Of a DNA stretch of 60,713 nucleotides, positions 57,912 through 60,713 are shown in pieces. A program made the position numbers and the translations under genes. Every line of letters begins with the position of its first letter. Position 1 is the first letter of the stretch. Source of the stretch: Pyrodictium sp. (GTDB taxonomy: Archaea; Thermoproteota; Thermoprotei_A; Sulfolobales; Pyrodictiaceae); contig DQUB01000055.1 of assembly GCA_015662475.1 (NCBI GenBank), positions 1 to 60,713 of the forward strand, written 5' to 3'. The notes beneath the pieces were generated by a model. That model saw only the letters and a list, made by a program, of their open reading frames with translations, was not told the origin of the DNA and searched no databases.

Positions 57912-58046
57912 ACTTTTCCCAAGCCTTTATGCTTCAAACTGGTAAGCGAGATAAATAGGGATATGACTAACGAGAATCTTGAGTATGAGGAGTGGTGACG
58001 GCACTGACACAAAAACTGTGATGAGGGACTAAGGTCGGCCGACCTA

Positions 58047-58151
58047 CTACCACTCCTCTTCCAACTCTTCAAATTCCTCTTCTTCCTCTTCCCACCACTC
58101 TTCTTCCTCCTCTTCCTCTTCCCACCATTCCTCCTCTTCTACAAAAGCCAC
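58047..58151 (-). CDS. candidate micro-ORF: 34-aa Glu/Trp peptide (M)AFVEEEEWWEEEEEEEEWWEEEEEEFEELEEEW
   Basis: GTG start with GGAGGTG (58159-58165) exactly 7 nt upstream. An in-frame stop lies 5 codons upstream. It sits between the 182-aa ORF and ABCE1 on the same strand and is below the ORF-track length cut-off. Confidence 0.35.
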   Translation of the reverse strand: MAFVEEEEWWEEEEEEEEWWEEEEEEFEELEEEW

Positions 58152-58217
58152 ACTAGCACACCTCCTCTAATCTCTAGCCTACCCTTGAGGTATTGTCTCT
58201 GGGGTGAAAAGTGTACC

Positions 58218-58766
58218 CTACAACCTACCAATACCAGCAAATGTAGCTGAACGAGTTAGAGCGTATCGTTCGAGTGATTGGCAGGATGAAGTTACTGCAT
58301 CGCTAAGTTCTACTCCAAACTCTTTCATAGCATCAATGTAGTTTTTCGCTTGTAGGCAAAGTGTTTTACTAGTCTTGCACTCAATATTTGTAGGTGGTTT
58401 GTCTCTGAAGACGGCTATTTGGATAGTATTGTAACTCTTTTCGGCTACTTCGGCAAGCTTGTTTATCTGGTGTATGCCGAAAAGAACGGCTAAAAAGCGG
58501 TATAATGGATTTTTTATCCGTTTTAGACGCCTATTAGTCTCTCCAAACAGTGTTGTTAGAAGAGCAGCTAGTGCCATATGGCGGATTGAAGCTCCAACCA
58601 TTGGCGCTTCGATGTTAAAGAGTGCATTTTCAAATGTAATGCTCCTATCGCAGCTTAATATCAATACAAAATACGTTTTATCTAGTAGCTCTAATTTGTA
58701 GTGCTTCATGCCTGATTCTAAGCATTCTACGCACTCGCTCAACAGTCTCACCACCAAGTTGAGCAA
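58218..58766 (-). CDS. hypothetical protein
   Basis: 182-aa ORF. The start is probably the internal ATG at 58709 (MKHYK...), because the longer form overlaps the upstream gene by 89 nt. Confidence 0.5.
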   Translation of the reverse strand: MLNLVVRLLSECVECLESGMKHYKLELLDKTYFVLILSCDRSITFENALFNIEAPMVGASIRHMALAALLTTLFGETNRRLKRIKNPLYRFLAVLFGIHQINKLAEVAEKSYNTIQIAVFRDKPPTNIECKTSKTLCLQAKNYIDAMKEFGVELSDAVTSSCQSLERYALTRSATFAGIGRL

Positions 58767-59286
58767 CTTCCTCTATGTCCATACCCTTAGCAGATGTGAG
58801 CTCCTCGTAGGTTTCAGCTTTATCCCATGGGAATATTATCCAAGCATCAGTTTCCCAAGCATAGAAATCTGGTCTTATTATCGACCAAGGTTTAACGTAG
58901 ATGGTTGCTGTCTTAACCTGCTTAGGACCATATAGGCTGAGGAAGTCTTGAGCTACATTCAAAGTTTTTCCTGTATCTGCAACATCGTCTACAATTAACA
59001 CATTTTTGTCTCTTATGTCTACAACAAGCGGTTGTGTTACAACAGGCTTTTCTCCTGTCTCCCCAACACCTCTATAGAATTTTATTTCGAGAGCACCAAC
59101 ATTCGAAACACCAAGATAGTCTGAGAGAAGTCTAGCAGGAACCCAACCTCCACGCAATATGCCAACTATTACATCGACACGATAGCCACTTTTCACAATC
59201 TTTTCTGCTATGTTAAGACAGCCTTCCTCGATATCACGCCAGCTAACTGCAAGGAATTTAGTGGGCTTTGGACGTTGTGCACTCAA
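58678..59286 (-). CDS. purine phosphoribosyltransferase (hypoxanthine/guanine/xanthine PRT family)
   Basis: PRPP-binding motif VLIVDDVADTGKT. TTG start 2 nt after the upstream stop. Confidence 0.85.
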   Translation of the reverse strand: MSAQRPKPTKFLAVSWRDIEEGCLNIAEKIVKSGYRVDVIVGILRGGWVPARLLSDYLGVSNVGALEIKFYRGVGETGEKPVVTQPLVVDIRDKNVLIVDDVADTGKTLNVAQDFLSLYGPKQVKTATIYVKPWSIIRPDFYAWETDAWIIFPWDKAETYEELTSAKGMDIEEVAQLGGETVERVRRMLRIRHEALQIRATR

Positions 59287-59288
59287 AA

Positions 59289-59591
59289 CTAGCCCCCATG
59301 GAAGACCTGAATTATATCAACTTTGAGTTTATCCCCTAGCAACTCGTCTTTAGAATACACTCTATAGTCTCGACCATTTATGAAGATCAGGATTCCTGGT
59401 TTGGGTTTTGCGTTGTGGAAAATATGTGTAAGCCTACCAGCTAAGTGTAAGAGTAGCTTTTCTACAGTTAGTCTCTCCTCTACACTAAATACTAGCTTTG
59501 ATGTTTTAAGCTTAGCTGCTAGAGATCCTACAATTTCGACTTCAATAATCGTGTTACACTTATCCTGTTGAAATTGCTTGTTGATACTCAC
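59289..59591 (-). CDS. MoaD/ThiS/Urm1-type ubiquitin-like beta-grasp protein ending in Gly-Gly
   Basis: 100 aa. Family-like ILIFINGRDY...DKLKVDIIQVFHGG* with a terminal diglycine. Confidence 0.7.
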   Translation of the reverse strand: MSINKQFQQDKCNTIIEVEIVGSLAAKLKTSKLVFSVEERLTVEKLLLHLAGRLTHIFHNAKPKPGILIFINGRDYRVYSKDELLGDKLKVDIIQVFHGG

Positions 59592-59829
59592 CAGCCTCCC
59601 TTCTCTTAGCCTCTTCGATCAATAGTTCAAGCTCGCCAGTACGTTTGTACAGTTTTACCAAACGTGTTACGTAACCTGCTATCTGGTTTCTCAGCTTTTT
59701 AGACTCTACCTCCAATAACATGCTAACAACACGCTTGTTGTGCTCAAAGTCTTCTGTGAAGAGGTCTGGGTACATTTCTAGAAGTTTTCTTGCAGTTCTC
59801 TTAACAAGACCAGGTCTTACTTTGCCCAT
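59560..59829 (-). CDS. rps17e: 30S ribosomal protein S17e
   Basis: MGKVRPGLVKRTARKLLEMYPDLFTEDFEHNKRVV is the S17e N-terminal signature. The start is trimmed to ATG 59829. Confidence 0.9.
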   Translation of the reverse strand: MGKVRPGLVKRTARKLLEMYPDLFTEDFEHNKRVVSMLLEVESKKLRNQIAGYVTRLVKLYKRTGELELLIEEAKRREAGEYQQAISTG

Positions 59830-59965
59830 TACTAGCTCCCACGTAGCGTAGTTTGATACAGTAACCTCTTTTAAAAGGTGTGGTGTTCTTCTCCAAGGAG
59901 ACCGAAACATTTTTATAGAAGTAGCACCTACCGTGCCCACGGAGATACATGGGGGGTGTGAGTGA

Positions 59966-60713
59966 ATGAGTAAGCCTGCTACAGCCACTATAGAACCTAC
60001 GGGAGTACCAGTACTGATATTGAAGGAAGGTACTCAAAGAACGTACGGTAAAGAGGCTCTAAGAGCTAATATAATGGTTGTACGCGCGATTGCAGAAACC
60101 CTACGTACAACTTATGGTCCTAAAGGTATGGACAAAATGCTTGTTGACAGTCTTGGCGACATAACAATCACAAATGATGGTGCAACAATACTTGACAAAA
60201 TGGATGTACAGCATCCAACAGCTAAGCTAGTAGTACAGATTGCTAAAGGTCAAGATGAAGAGGTTGGTGATGGTACAAAAACATCTGTGATATTTGCAGG
60301 CGAGCTTCTAAAGCAAGCTGAAGAGCTTCTTGCAAAGGATATCCACCCAACAATAATTGTAAGTGGTTTTAAGAAAGCTGCAGAGCTTGCAATTAAGAAG
60401 CTTCACGAAATAGCAGAGCCGATAGACATTAACGATGAGGAGACGCTAAAGAAGATTGCAAGGACAAGCTTGACAAGCAAAGCTGTACACGGTGCTAGAG
60501 ACTATCTAGCAGAACTAGCAGTCAAAGCTGTAAAACAGATTGCGGAAAAGAGAGGTGACAGGTGGTATATCGACCTAGACACATACAGATTGTCAAGAAG
60601 CATGGAGGCAGCCTTAAAGATACAAAGTTGATCTACGGTATTGTCATCGACAAAGAGGTTGTTCATCCTGCAATGCCTAGAAGGATTGAGAATGCCTATA
60701 TCGTGTTGCTCGA
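59966..60713 (+). CDS. ths: thermosome (group II chaperonin) subunit, 5' part, with an apparent frame break at about 60581 (possible pseudogene or sequence error)
   Basis: [38 protein letters not shown] and [11 protein letters not shown] motifs. The annotated frame stops at 60631. Homology continues in the -1 frame ([43 protein letters not shown]) to the window end. Confidence 0.9.

Noticed and set aside
57985-58042. ATGAGGA-12nt-CTGA-10nt-GTGATGA-14nt-CCGA, a C/D-like layout on the plus strand.
   Set aside because: The terminal C and D boxes are both degenerate, and only the internal pair is canonical. The D' guide almost, but not quite, matches the 16S GCCCGUCAC region. This is too weak to call.
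57854-58072. 72-aa minus-strand ORF spanning the ABCE1 start and the polypyrimidine tract.
   Set aside because: It overlaps the ABCE1 N-terminus out of frame, has implausible composition and lacks an SD. The differently framed 34-codon micro-ORF has far better start signals.
58051-58140. Repetitive CTT/CTC tract, considered as a CRISPR array or tandem repeat.
   Set aside because: It has no repeat-spacer architecture. It is a polypyrimidine low-complexity tract with one 13-nt duplication, better explained as the Glu/Trp micro-ORF or an H-DNA-prone tract.

Overview
Dense, almost gap-free chromosomal segment whose gene content points to a hyperthermophilic crenarchaeon: thermosome, fructose-1,6-bisphosphate aldolase/phosphatase, aRF1, ABCE1, ribosomal protein S17e, a herA-mre11-rad50 cluster and GC-rich tRNAs. 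I saw no rRNA, CRISPR array, integrase or transposase. Recognisable housekeeping genes include cysS, argS, argF, glnA, apgM, tpiA, fbp, trxB, heme O synthase, NMN adenylyltransferase, an aminotransferase, a tupABC-type tungstate transporter with a ModE-like regulator, and two tRNA-Arg genes. About one third of the ORFs are small uncharacterised proteins. What the ORF track does not explain: (1) at least two convincing box C/D sRNAs, whose guides match conserved archaeal 16S rRNA sequence as I recall it, plus weaker candidates; (2) a box-like motif GCCGATGA-N14/15-AGCTGA present at three loci; (3) an ABC-ATPase::GNAT fusion translationally coupled to a Tan1-like THUMP protein, which I propose as a candidate ATP-driven RNA acetylation module; (4) a Shine-Dalgarno-preceded 34-codon Glu/Trp micro-ORF in a polypyrimidine tract; (5) a reading-frame break in the thermosome gene at the window edge; (6) two near-identical inverted tRNA-Arg genes bracketing the tungstate cassette; (7) a MoaD/Urm1-like protein ending in GG, a JAMM-motif protein, Cys4-module paralogues and a CaaX-like C-terminus. 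All family assignments come from motif recognition by eye. No database search was run.
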